Assembly: GCA_963662335.2 (NCBI GenBank) | Contig: CAXXVD010000001.1 | Location: 640,001 to 704,000 of the forward strand | DNA: 64,000 nt | From: Chloroflexota bacterium | GTDB lineage: Bacteria; Chloroflexota; UBA11872; VXOZ01 | Direction of reading: 5' to 3' | Notes under the pieces: model-generated | What the model was told of the DNA's origin: nothing | The model's input: only the letters and a program-made list of their open reading frames with translations | Database searches by the model: none | Part shown: in pieces, positions 39,538 through 48,952 of the stretch | How the letters are laid out: the number at the start of each line of letters is the position of its first letter | Numbering within the stretch: position 1 is the stretch's first letter | Position numbers and translations under genes: made by a program

Positions 39538-40710
39538 GTGCACGTCGTGAGCCGCCGTCTGCTGATAACGCTAGAACCCAATGTGCTGCGCTGGGCGCGG
39601 GAACGCGCGCGGCTTGAGCCGGAGCAACTGGCCCGCAAGATGCAGGTGAAGCCGGAGCGGGTGCGTGAGTGGGAAGTCTCCGGCAAGATTAGCATGGCCC
39701 AAGCTGACAAGGTTGCGCACCATACGCATACCCCGCTTGGTTTTCTCTATCTCCCGCAGCCCCCCGAAGACCGCTTGCCCATCCGCGATTTCCGCACCCG
39801 CGGCGGCGAAATGCTACGCCCTAGCCCAGACTTGCTGGAAACCGTCTATCTCATGCAGCGCCGCCAAGCGTGGATGCGGGACGACGTGATCGAAGAGATC
39901 GGCGAGCCACTGGATTTCGTTGGCGCGTTCGATGGGAGTACGGACGCGCTTGAGGTTGCCGCTGCCATGCGTGACGCCCTGCGGCTTGAGCCGAATTGGG
40001 CTTCTCGGCAATCCACCTGGACAGGCGCGCTCAGTCACCTGCGCGAACAGGCGGACAACGCCGGTGTGCTCGTCGTCTTCTCCGGGGTGGTTGGCAACAA
40101 CACCCACCGCAAGTTGGACACCAACGAGTTTCAGGGCTTTGCCCTTGTAGACGAGTATGCGCCGCTAGTCTTTGTAAACAGTGCCGACTTCCAGGCGGCG
40201 CAAATGTTCACGCTGGCGCACGAACTGGCCCACTTGCTAGTTGGCAAGAGCGGTGTAACAAGCTTTGACAACCACCAAGCGCCAAGCGATGACACCGAGC
40301 AATTCTGCAATCGGACTGCCGCGGAGTTTCTGGCGCCGGAGGAAGAACTGCGCGCTTTCTGGCCGGCCGCCGGGAAGGCGAACAATCCCTACCAGGCAAT
40401 CGCGCGCCGGTTCAAGGTGAGCACACTGGTAGCCGCGCGCCGCGCGCTCGATCTCAAGTTGATCGACACAGCGACATTCTTTGAATTCTATGAGGAGTCC
40501 AAGACCACGGTCTGGCTGAGGAAGCGGCCGCTAAGCGCAGGCGGCGATTTCTGGAACACGCAGCGATGGCGCATCGGCCCCCGCTTTGGCGCAGCCGTAG
40601 TCCGCGCGGCAAAGGAAGGCCGCCTGCTCTATACAGAAGCATATCGTCTAACCGGCCTGAATAGGGTTACATTCGAGAAGCTTCCTGAGAAGTTCGAGGT
40701 AATCCTATAG
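39538..40710 (+). CDS. HTH + ImmA/IrrE family metallo-endopeptidase
   Basis: VLRWARERA..HTH, DFRT, FTLAHELAH (HExxH), EQFCNRTAAEFL. Confidence 0.9.
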   Translation: MHVVSRRLLITLEPNVLRWARERARLEPEQLARKMQVKPERVREWEVSGKISMAQADKVAHHTHTPLGFLYLPQPPEDRLPIRDFRTRGGEMLRPSPDLLETVYLMQRRQAWMRDDVIEEIGEPLDFVGAFDGSTDALEVAAAMRDALRLEPNWASRQSTWTGALSHLREQADNAGVLVVFSGVVGNNTHRKLDTNEFQGFALVDEYAPLVFVNSADFQAAQMFTLAHELAHLLVGKSGVTSFDNHQAPSDDTEQFCNRTAAEFLAPEEELRAFWPAAGKANNPYQAIARRFKVSTLVAARRALDLKLIDTATFFEFYEESKTTVWLRKRPLSAGGDFWNTQRWRIGPRFGAAVVRAAKEGRLLYTEAYRLTGLNRVTFEKLPEKFEVIL

Positions 40711-41231
40711 TGAAGCGTCCTACTCACTTGTTCGTCTTAGACACAAGCGTGTTTGTGCAAGCACACCGCAACTACTATGCCCATGACATTTGTCCAGGGT
40801 TTTGGAATCTTCTCGACCACTTTGCTCTAGAGGGTTTCATTTCGAGTATAGATCGCGTGCAAGAAGAGATTTTTGCACCGGATGAGCCCGACGAATTGAC
40901 TGCGTGGGCAATTCAGGCGCCATCAAGCTTCTTCAAGTCCACGGGGGAGCAAGCTGTAATTGGCGCATACCAGCAGATGCAGTCGAGGCTTCAGAGAAGT
41001 GCACAGTTTAGCGCTGACGCAAAGTTGAAGTTCGGAGAAGCTGCCGATGGATGGGTAGTGGCATATGCACGTGCGCACGGCGCTGCTGTAGTCACTCAGG
41101 AGGTCTATAGCGCAAATGTGAAGAAGCGAATTCCCATACCAAACGTATGCCTAGAGTTTGATGTCACTCACATTGACACTTTCGAGATGCTGCGCCAACT
41201 TGGAGCGCACTTTTATTGGCAGCAACCATGA
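40710..41231 (+). CDS. DUF4411 family PIN-like protein
   Basis: LDTSVFVQAHRNYY....PGFW, ADGWVVAYA, VVTQE, IPNVC; coupled to IrrE gene; low GC. Confidence 0.88.
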   Translation: MKRPTHLFVLDTSVFVQAHRNYYAHDICPGFWNLLDHFALEGFISSIDRVQEEIFAPDEPDELTAWAIQAPSSFFKSTGEQAVIGAYQQMQSRLQRSAQFSADAKLKFGEAADGWVVAYARAHGAAVVTQEVYSANVKKRIPIPNVCLEFDVTHIDTFEMLRQLGAHFYWQQP

Positions 41232-41303
41232 TGGTCGCTGAAGAGGGACTCGCTACCGACTGTACCTAACGGTTTGTAATTCGCCTCTTACAAGGACCTC
41301 CTA

Positions 41304-42485
41304 TCAAGTCCAGTCTGCGTGCGGCGTTTTGCCTTCCTGCCGCACATTACCTGGGCGAAAATCGGGCACTTCCAGCAGCGTCGTACCTTGCTCTATCGAA
41401 TCCGCCGCGAGTATGGCGGGGGCGGCGGTATCCATGGCTTGGTAGACGGTGAAGTCTAGAGGGGCTTTGCCGAGCACGGCGTCGCGGAAGGTGGTGTGGA
41501 CGTAGTAGTCGGCGTCGCCGTGGCCGCTGCCGCGGGCGGCGGGTGGGGCGTCGGTGCGGGCGTGGCCCCAGTCCATCTCGGCCAGGTCGTGCATCTGGGC
41601 GTCGGCCAGCCACATGAGCGGTTTGCCGCTGCCGCTGCGCTTCCATTCCAGCACGCCGTTCGTGCCGCTCACGTGGAACCAGTGGTGGCCCATGCCGTGG
41701 GAGACCGGTTGGGTGAAGCCGCAGACCAGCCGCAGCAGCGCGTCCTTCTCCGTCTTCATCAGCGCCGCCTGTACGTCCGGCTGGCCGATTTCGGGATGCG
41801 CATAGCTGGGCGCGCCGGTGCTCATGGCGGTCACGCTCACCACCCGGTCGTCCAGCACCTTCAGCAGCGGGCTGAGTTCGTGGGGCAGGTAGTGAATCGG
41901 CGGCATGGTGTGGAGCCAGTTCGGCTGCGCGCCGGGTTTTTCATCAAGCTCTTCGACCGCCGCAAACTCACCTGAATTGGGGTCTTGAAAAAACTGGCGC
42001 GTGCCGTAGTAGCCGATGTACTGCCCTTCGCAGAAGGTGATGCGCCCCAAACGCCCGGCCTGCACCAGGTCGCGCCAGGCGTCGATGTAGCCCCAGAAGC
42101 GGGTCTGCTCGCCAAGCTGGTAGACCAGGCCGGAGCGCTCCTGCGCCAGCACGATGCGCCAGCAATCTTCCAGGGTGTGCGCCGCCGGCACCTCGCTGTT
42201 CACGTGCTTGCCGGCCTCCAGGGCCATGGCCGCCAGCGCGCCCTGCTCCCGGCAGCGCACGGTTAGGGCCACCGCGTCCACCCGCGGATCGCCCAGCATA
42301 TCTTCATAGCCGGCATAGGCCGTCACGCCTTGGCGGTCTGCCAAAGCAGCCAGCGCCCGCTCGTGCAGCGCCGCAATCGGGTCGCACAGCGCCGTGATGC
42401 GGTAGCCGTCGATGCGCTCCACCATGCGCAGCCAGTGCAGGCCACGATGGCCCAGTCCGACCAGGCCGATGCGTATTTCGTCCAT
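41304..42485 (-). CDS. Gfo/Idh/MocA family oxidoreductase
   Basis: IGLVGLGHRG, GKHVNSEVP, GHGDAD. Confidence 0.9.
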   Translation of the reverse strand: MDEIRIGLVGLGHRGLHWLRMVERIDGYRITALCDPIAALHERALAALADRQGVTAYAGYEDMLGDPRVDAVALTVRCREQGALAAMALEAGKHVNSEVPAAHTLEDCWRIVLAQERSGLVYQLGEQTRFWGYIDAWRDLVQAGRLGRITFCEGQYIGYYGTRQFFQDPNSGEFAAVEELDEKPGAQPNWLHTMPPIHYLPHELSPLLKVLDDRVVSVTAMSTGAPSYAHPEIGQPDVQAALMKTEKDALLRLVCGFTQPVSHGMGHHWFHVSGTNGVLEWKRSGSGKPLMWLADAQMHDLAEMDWGHARTDAPPAARGSGHGDADYYVHTTFRDAVLGKAPLDFTVYQAMDTAAPAILAADSIEQGTTLLEVPDFRPGNVRQEGKTPHADWT

Positions 42486-42530
42486 GCTTTGCGCCTTTCT
42501 GCGGTTCGTGTGCTCTTGCCGCGTGTCTGC

Positions 42531-43124
42531 TCAAGCGGATGTGGGCAATTGCCGGTCGCTGTCAGGCGGCTGCGCCTTGGCCCGCGCGCCCTGCAAGCGG
42601 GCGGCGAGAATGCCCGCCAGCAGGCCGCACAGATGGCCTTCCCAGGAGATGAGGGCGCTGGTGGGCAGCACGCCCAAGATGAGGCCGCCGTAGAAGAAGA
42701 CGGTGACGAGCGCGATGACAATCGACCGCAGGCTGCGCTCGTACCAGGCGCGCGCCACCAGGTAGCCGAAGTACCCAAAGATGAGGCCGCTGGCGCCGAT
42801 GTGGTAGCCCGTCCTGCCAACCAGCCACAGCGCCGCGCCGCCGCCGAGCATGACCACCAGCGAGACGCCCAGAAACGCCCGCCGGCCGCGCACCGCCACC
42901 AACCCGCCGAGCACCAGGAACGGCACGGTGTTCACCAGCAGATGGCTCAGGTTGGCGTGGATGAACGGGCTGAGCGGAATGCCGCGCAGTCCTTCCAGGG
43001 TGCGCGGCACGATGCCCCAGGTGTTGAGGTGATGCCCGGTGAGGAGATTGGCCGCTTCCACCGCCCAGAGCAGGGCGGCGACCGCCAGCACCGGCAGCAG
43101 GTTCCGCTTGAGTTGCGCGGCCAT
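42531..43124 (-). CDS. Rhomboid family intramembrane serine protease
   Basis: SPFIHANLSHLLVN, HIGASGLIFG, ISWEGHL. Confidence 0.92.
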   Translation of the reverse strand: MAAQLKRNLLPVLAVAALLWAVEAANLLTGHHLNTWGIVPRTLEGLRGIPLSPFIHANLSHLLVNTVPFLVLGGLVAVRGRRAFLGVSLVVMLGGGAALWLVGRTGYHIGASGLIFGYFGYLVARAWYERSLRSIVIALVTVFFYGGLILGVLPTSALISWEGHLCGLLAGILAARLQGARAKAQPPDSDRQLPTSA

Positions 43125-43142
43125 GCCACGCCGGCCGGGCGG

Positions 43143-43430
43143 CTAGACGCCCTCGACGATAACGACGTTGGCGTCGGCGGACCTGGCGCGGATCTCCTTG
43201 AGCGCGGCAAAGTCGGCCGAGTCGAAGAAGGCCCGGGCCGCCGCGGCGTCGGCAAACTCGATCACCACCAGGCGGTCGGGGACCCAGTCGCCCTCGATGA
43301 CCTCGTTCGCGCCGCCGCGCACCAGGTACCTGCCGCCGGCGGCCGCCACGACCCCGGCTACCTTTTCGCGAAACTCGCTGTAGGTAGCCTCGTCCTTTAT
43401 CTCATTGTTGACAATCGCGTATGCCGCCAT
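43143..43430 (-). CDS. DUF1330 domain protein
   Basis: GGRYLVRGG..EVIEGDW.PDRLVVIEF...ARAFFDS. Confidence 0.9.
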   Translation of the reverse strand: MAAYAIVNNEIKDEATYSEFREKVAGVVAAAGGRYLVRGGANEVIEGDWVPDRLVVIEFADAAAARAFFDSADFAALKEIRARSADANVVIVEGV

Positions 43431-43552
43431 GGTTCTGCCATCCTTTCTGCGTGCGGGGGCGTTCGTGCCCCCGTTCCTACGCTTTCACCACATATTACCA
43501 CGACATGAAGAGACGCCCACGCGCGCCCCGCTGGCACACGCCAGCGCCACGG

Positions 43553-45352
43553 CTAGCGCGACCCGGCCACCTGCACGGCCACCACGTCGATGCCGTGGTA
43601 CTTGCGGTGGCGCACGGCGGCGGCGTAGCGCCGCAGCAGGCGGAACGACAGGTCTTCCACGTCCGGCGTCTCGGCCTGATCGCTCAGATACGCCAGGCGG
43701 TCTTCCAGATTCTCCTCGTCGAAGACGGCCAGGAACTCCATCTCCACGTGGCCGGCCTCCGGGCGGGCATTGATGATGAGGCGCGGCGCGTTGGCGGCGG
43801 CTTGCTCGGAGATTGCGCCTTCATCGGAGACACCAACTTCCTCAGAATGGCCCCTATCGTCCGCCAGCGGTTGCAGCAGACAGGCCAGCGTCTCCTCACC
43901 GGCCGCGCGCAGCCGCTCGGTGGATTCGTGGTTCCAGCCGATTCGCGCCGCAAGGTCTTTCAAGTAGGCGTCGATATCGGGCAGGCTGGACATCGCCAGA
44001 GACGTTTCCAGTCGTTTGCCCCGGCGGCCGGAAAGCTCCAGGAACCATGTCAGCAGGATTGCCGTTAGCAGGCCCAGGGTCATGCCGTGGCTCAGGGGCG
44101 CGGCCCACGTGCCCGCCAGCAGTTCCGCCAGCACGTCGCTGCTTTCCAACCCGATGCAGAGGGAGACCGCCACGCCCACCGTCAGCGCCTTCGCCGGCGC
44201 GAGTTCTTCCTGAAAGACCATTCTCATGCCTTGCACGAAGAGCCGGCCCATGACGAACAGCAGGAACGCGCCGATGACGGGGCTGGGAATCGTCAGCAAC
44301 ACGGCCACGGCCTTGGGCAGGAACGCCAGCGCGATCATCAGGCCGCCGAGCGCGAGGCCGACCCGGCGCGCCGCGTTGCCGGTAAGCTCGATGAGCGATA
44401 TGTTGGACGCCGTGTAGACGATGGTCGGCAGCGTGCCCGCCAAACCGGCAAGGAGCGTGCCCAGGCCGTTCGTGTTGACCGCGCCCTGCACCAGGCGAAA
44501 GTCGGTGGCCTGCGGCCGGCGGCGCGACATCTGCTGGATGAAGACGCCGTCGCTGCTCATCTTGACGGCAACGACGAGGCTGACCAGCAAGAACATGGGC
44601 AGCAGCGCCCAGAAGTCCGCGCCAAAGCTGAGGTCCAGTCCCTGCCAGGCGGAAAAGTCCGGCGCTTGGAGCCACGCGGCGGCGACTGCCGGCTGCCAGT
44701 CGTAGATGCCGAAGAGGACGGACGCCGCGGAACCGGCGGCCAGCGCGATGAGCACGGCCCAGAGCCGCCAGAGCCCGCTGGCGCGCATGGCCAGGCCGGC
44801 CGCCCCGGCCAGGGTGACCGCCGCCACCACCGGCCCGGCCGTGGGCGGCGCGTCCGCGGGAATCCTGTCTATGCGCTCGAACGCGATGGACATGACGGTA
44901 ACGGCAATGAGCATGAGCGCCGTGCCGCAGACCACCGGCGTGACGATGCGCCGCAGCAGCGGCAGCCACGCGGAAAGCGCGAACTGCATGAGCGACGCCA
45001 CGACGATCAGGCTCGCCAGCATGGGCACGCCGCCGGCCGCCAGCGCGATCACGGCGACCGCGATGAAGTGGGGGCCGGCGCCGGACATGAGCAGGTGGCC
45101 CGCGCCCAGGCGTCCAAAACGGCACGCCTGCAAGGCGGTCACGACGCCGCCGATCACCAGCGCCGCAAAGACGGCCCACGCCAGATAGCCGTCTTCCAGG
45201 CCGCCGGCCCGCGCCGCAACGGTGACGAACAAGGCCGTGTTCGTCAGGGAAATCATCACGCCCTGAAGCGCGACCCCCAGCGCGTGGAACGGCGGGCACG
45301 GGTCGTCAGGCTGGTAGCGGATGTGTTCGGCTGCGCGAGCTATGTTCTGCAT
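43553..45352 (-). CDS. NCS2 (xanthine/uracil) family permease with C-terminal HATPase/anti-sigma-like domain
   Basis: YQPDDPCP..ALQ, TALQA.RFGRLGAG, TPVVCGT, LTGNAARRVG, PK..IPSPVIGA; ~160-aa soluble tail. Confidence 0.8.
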   Translation of the reverse strand: MQNIARAAEHIRYQPDDPCPPFHALGVALQGVMISLTNTALFVTVAARAGGLEDGYLAWAVFAALVIGGVVTALQACRFGRLGAGHLLMSGAGPHFIAVAVIALAAGGVPMLASLIVVASLMQFALSAWLPLLRRIVTPVVCGTALMLIAVTVMSIAFERIDRIPADAPPTAGPVVAAVTLAGAAGLAMRASGLWRLWAVLIALAAGSAASVLFGIYDWQPAVAAAWLQAPDFSAWQGLDLSFGADFWALLPMFLLVSLVVAVKMSSDGVFIQQMSRRRPQATDFRLVQGAVNTNGLGTLLAGLAGTLPTIVYTASNISLIELTGNAARRVGLALGGLMIALAFLPKAVAVLLTIPSPVIGAFLLFVMGRLFVQGMRMVFQEELAPAKALTVGVAVSLCIGLESSDVLAELLAGTWAAPLSHGMTLGLLTAILLTWFLELSGRRGKRLETSLAMSSLPDIDAYLKDLAARIGWNHESTERLRAAGEETLACLLQPLADDRGHSEEVGVSDEGAISEQAAANAPRLIINARPEAGHVEMEFLAVFDEENLEDRLAYLSDQAETPDVEDLSFRLLRRYAAAVRHRKYHGIDVVAVQVAGSR

Positions 45353-45392
45353 CTATTGGGCTGACGCCCTGCCCCGTTGCGCGGGCCTTGGG

Positions 45393-46289
45393 CTACGACC
45401 CGCCTCTGCCGGGGTAGGTCAATTCAGCCACGCCGGACTTGTCCAGTTCGCCCAGGCCCATGTCGATCATCCGGTCGTACTGGGCCTTGGTGGCCTTGGC
45501 CAATGGCAGGGAGAGGCCGGCGGCGTCCGCCAGGTCCAGCGCGATGCCGGAGTCTTTTGAGGCGTGGGCGGCGGAGAAGTAGCACTCGTGGTCGCGGGCT
45601 TCCATGTCCTCGCCGTCGGTTTCCAGCACCCGCGAGTTCGCGCCGGTCTGGGAAAAGACCTCTTGCAGCATCCCGCTGTCCAGCCCCAGCGCCTCGCCCA
45701 GGCCCAGGCCCTCGGCCAGGCCGGCCGTATTGATGTTCATCACCATGTTCACCAGCGCCTTTACCTGGGCCGCCGTGCCGGCCGCGCCGACGTAGCGCAG
45801 CGAGACGCTCATGGTGTCCAGCAGGGGCCGCGCGCGGTCGAAGGCCGCTTCACTGCCGCCGCACATCAGGTAGAGCGTGCCCTCGCGCGCCTGGGTAATG
45901 CTGCTGGCCATGCAGGCTTCCAGGCTCTGCGCGCCGGCCGCCGCCGCGCGGGCTTCCACGTCCACGTGCACCTGGGGCGTGATGGTGGCGCAATTGACGA
46001 AGAGTTTTCCGTTTGCGCCTTGCAATAGGCTATCCCCGTCTTCCGCAAAGACTGCGTACATCGCCGCGTCGTCGGTGACGACGGTAATGACAGTGTCGGC
46101 CAGGCCGGTCACCTGTGCCAGGTTGCCGCAGGCCTGCGCGCCGATCTCGCCGGCGAGTTCCTGGGCGGCGGGCGCGTTCACGTCGTAGACGGCGGTGACG
46201 GCGTAGCCCTCGTCGGTGAGGTGGCGGGCGATGTTCGCGCCCATGCGGCCCACGCCGACCACGCCAATCGTTCCAAAATCGGCTCCCAT
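45393..46289 (-). CDS. Beta-hydroxyacid dehydrogenase family NAD(P)-dependent oxidoreductase
   Basis: GVVGVGRMGANIA, NCATI, KALVNMV, FSAAHASKD. Confidence 0.88.
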   Translation of the reverse strand: MGADFGTIGVVGVGRMGANIARHLTDEGYAVTAVYDVNAPAAQELAGEIGAQACGNLAQVTGLADTVITVVTDDAAMYAVFAEDGDSLLQGANGKLFVNCATITPQVHVDVEARAAAAGAQSLEACMASSITQAREGTLYLMCGGSEAAFDRARPLLDTMSVSLRYVGAAGTAAQVKALVNMVMNINTAGLAEGLGLGEALGLDSGMLQEVFSQTGANSRVLETDGEDMEARDHECYFSAAHASKDSGIALDLADAAGLSLPLAKATKAQYDRMIDMGLGELDKSGVAELTYPGRGGS

Positions 46290-46405
46290 GATGTGCTCTC
46301 TTTCCCGCCGCGCGCAGCGCGGCTCAATAAAGCGCCGTCCGGCCCCCGCAATGGTCAGGCCGAACGGCGCTTGCAGTCGTTCCTTATGCGTACGGCGCCT
46401 GGACG

Positions 46406-46849
46406 TTAGCCGTTGAGCGAACTGTGCAGTTCCTGCCAGTCCTCCAGCGCGTTGAGGCTGACCGCGTCGGTAATGGCGCCGTCGTTGGCCAGGCCCGTGG
46501 CGTCGCAGATGCCGGTCACCACATCGTCGCCGTGGTTATAGCCGCGAATGGCGGCGTTGCTGGCTTCCACGGTCTCGGCGGCGATGCTGCCGCCGTTCTG
46601 GTCCACCACCCACTGCTCGAACTCCAGGTAGTTCGGCTTATTGGCACGCAGGTAGGCCAGGGCCGCGTCGCGGTCGACGTTCAGGCCGTCCAGCACCATC
46701 TGGTCGAACCCCGCGCCGCACTCGTCATAGTCGTCGGGCAGCGCGCCGTTGGCCGCCAGGGTGACTTTCAGCCACAGGCGGGGCAGGTGAATTGCGCCCA
46801 GGGGTCCGGCTTCGCCCGAACCAATCAACGGTACGATCTTGTCTGCCAT
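46406..46849 (-). CDS. DUF5069-like protein
   Basis: VPLIGSG.AGPLG.IHLPRLWLK...GFDQMVLDGL...KPNYLEFEQWV. Confidence 0.7.
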   Translation of the reverse strand: MADKIVPLIGSGEAGPLGAIHLPRLWLKVTLAANGALPDDYDECGAGFDQMVLDGLNVDRDAALAYLRANKPNYLEFEQWVVDQNGGSIAAETVEASNAAIRGYNHGDDVVTGICDATGLANDGAITDAVSLNALEDWQELHSSLNG

Positions 46850-46986
46850 CGCTCATCCTCCTTGAATTGCCGCCGCCGCAAAATGGCAGCGAACGCCGCA
46901 TACAACACGTCTCCTCGTATCGGAGTCACTATAGCCGTCCAGCGGTAGCAGTGTCAACACGGTGGCAAGTTGCTGGCAGGACGCCC

Positions 46987-47213
46987 GTAGCGTAGGTTTG
47001 CAACCTGCGTCCGAGCGTAGGTTTGCAGCCTGCATCCGGGTAGCGTAGGTTTGCAACCTGCGCCGCCGGGGAGCGGGCGACAGGCCCCAACACCCGTTCG
47101 CCCTGAGCTTGTCGAAGGGTGAACGGGGAGGGAAACGGCGTAGCGCTTGCGTCGCTCTCCCGTCCGTTCGTGCTGAGTGCTGCGCGAAGCCCCTGTCGAA
47201 GTATGAACGGACG
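46987..47213. repeat. REP cluster: GTAGCGTAGGTTTGCAACCTGCG x3 and CCGTTCG..GAACGG x2
   Basis: Directly visible palindromes; relatives at 50638 and 36548. Confidence 0.85.
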
Positions 47214-47281
47214 GGAGAGCGGCTGCCAGGCACAGTGCGTGCCAAACCCAATGCGAAAGCACTTGGGTTTTCGCCCCCGGG

Positions 47282-48601
47282 CTACACCTCCAGGTGCGGC
47301 CGGATGAGGTCGTCCAGCGTCTCGCGGCGGCGGATGAGGCGGGCGTGGCCGTCGTTCACCAGCGCCACCGCCGGGCGCGGTACCAGGTTGTAGTTGCTGG
47401 ACATCGCCAGGCAGTACGCGCCGGAACTGGGCACGGCGATCAGGTCGCCGGCGTTCAGCCTGGGCATCTGCACGTCCTTGAAGAGCACGTCGCCGCTCTC
47501 GCAGTAGCGGCCGGCGATCGTCACCGTCTCCGCCGGCGCGTCGTGCATACGGTTGCCCACCAGCACCGTATAGGCGGCGTCGTAGAGGGCCGGGCGGATG
47601 TTGTCCGCCATGCCGCCGTCCACGGCCACGTACGCGCGCACGCCGGGTATCGTCTTGCGCGAGCCGACGGTGTAGAGGCCCACGCCGGCCTGCCCCACGA
47701 TCGAGCGTCCGGGTTCCACCACCAGGCGCGGCAGGTCCCAGCCCAGAGCGGCCATGCGGTCTTTCACCGTGGCGGTCACGGTGTTGGCGAGATCTTCGAT
47801 CGGCGGCGGGTCGTCGGCGCCGGTGTAGCGGATGCCCCAGCCGCCGCCGGGCGAAAGCTCCTGGACGCTCAGGCCGTACTTTTGCGCCATCTCCTGGGCG
47901 AACGCGATGAGCAGGTCGAGGGTATCCACGTAGGGTTCGATGTCGAAGATCTGGCTGCCGATGTGGGCGTGGATGCCGATGAGGTCGAGGTGTGGCGCGG
48001 CCTGGGCGCGTTTGACGGCCTCTTCCGCCTGGCCGATGGGCAGCGCGAAGCCGAACTTGGAGTCGAGCGCGCCGGTCTTGATGTAGTCGTGGGTGTGCGC
48101 TTCCACGCCGGGGCCGATGCGCAGCAGTATCTGGGCCCGCTTGCCCGCATCCGCCGCAATCGAGTTCAGCAGGTCGATCTCGTGAAAGTTGTCCGCCACG
48201 ATGCGGCCCACGCCGGCTTCCAGCGCATAGGCAAGCTCTTCCGGCAGCTTGTTATTGCCGTGGAAGTACACCCGGTCCATGGGAAAGCCGGCGGCCGCGG
48301 CCACGGCGATCTCGCCGGCCGAGACCACGTCCAGCCCCATGCCCTCTTCCGCGGCGATCTTCACCACGTGGGGGTCGGAATAGGCCTTGCTGGCGTAGAG
48401 GGGCAGGGCGTCCGGATAACCGGCGTTCAGCGCATTGACATAACGGCGCATGTTCGCGCGCAGAGTGGCTTCGTCGTAGATGTAGAGCGGCGTGCCGAAT
48501 TCTTGCGCCAGTTCGGTGACGGCCAGGCCGCCAATGCTCAACACACCGTCATCTGAAACCGACGCGGAAACGGGCAAGACGTGATCTGCTACTGCGGTCA
48601 T
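47282..48601 (-). CDS. lysA: Diaminopimelate decarboxylase
   Basis: FGTPLYIYDE, YASKA, HGNNK, SKFG, HIGSQI, EPGRSIVG, CESGD, GAY..MSSNYN. Confidence 0.97.
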   Translation of the reverse strand: MTAVADHVLPVSASVSDDGVLSIGGLAVTELAQEFGTPLYIYDEATLRANMRRYVNALNAGYPDALPLYASKAYSDPHVVKIAAEEGMGLDVVSAGEIAVAAAAGFPMDRVYFHGNNKLPEELAYALEAGVGRIVADNFHEIDLLNSIAADAGKRAQILLRIGPGVEAHTHDYIKTGALDSKFGFALPIGQAEEAVKRAQAAPHLDLIGIHAHIGSQIFDIEPYVDTLDLLIAFAQEMAQKYGLSVQELSPGGGWGIRYTGADDPPPIEDLANTVTATVKDRMAALGWDLPRLVVEPGRSIVGQAGVGLYTVGSRKTIPGVRAYVAVDGGMADNIRPALYDAAYTVLVGNRMHDAPAETVTIAGRYCESGDVLFKDVQMPRLNAGDLIAVPSSGAYCLAMSSNYNLVPRPAVALVNDGHARLIRRRETLDDLIRPHLEV

Positions 48602-48952
48602 CGCTGTCCTGGCTCCTGATTTGGTGAAAACGCTTGCGATACGTACGGTTCATGGTACCGCACTCCGCCCGAATGCGCTCTACCGGCGCGGCCGCGCGTA
48701 GCGGGCGCCGCCGCCTTGCTCGACGAGGGTCCCGGCCACAAGGCGCGGCGGTGGGACGGCCGTGGTCCGACGCGCCGCGCCCCGCCAAGTCGATTGGCGC
48801 TCGCTTGCTAGGCGACGCTGCCCTTAGCCGGTTGCCAATCGCTTAGTTAATGTATATAGTAGCCAGATGACAAACAGTTTAAGGATTCTGGAGAGCCTGC
48901 GCGGGACGGCCATTCTGCCAGCCTCCCCGGCGCATAGCGAAAGGAAGATGCC

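Noticed and set aside
48602-48860. Lysine riboswitch upstream of lysA
   Set aside because: Conserved AGAGGNGC...ACUGUC...GGAGCGCU elements are not found in order on the minus strand
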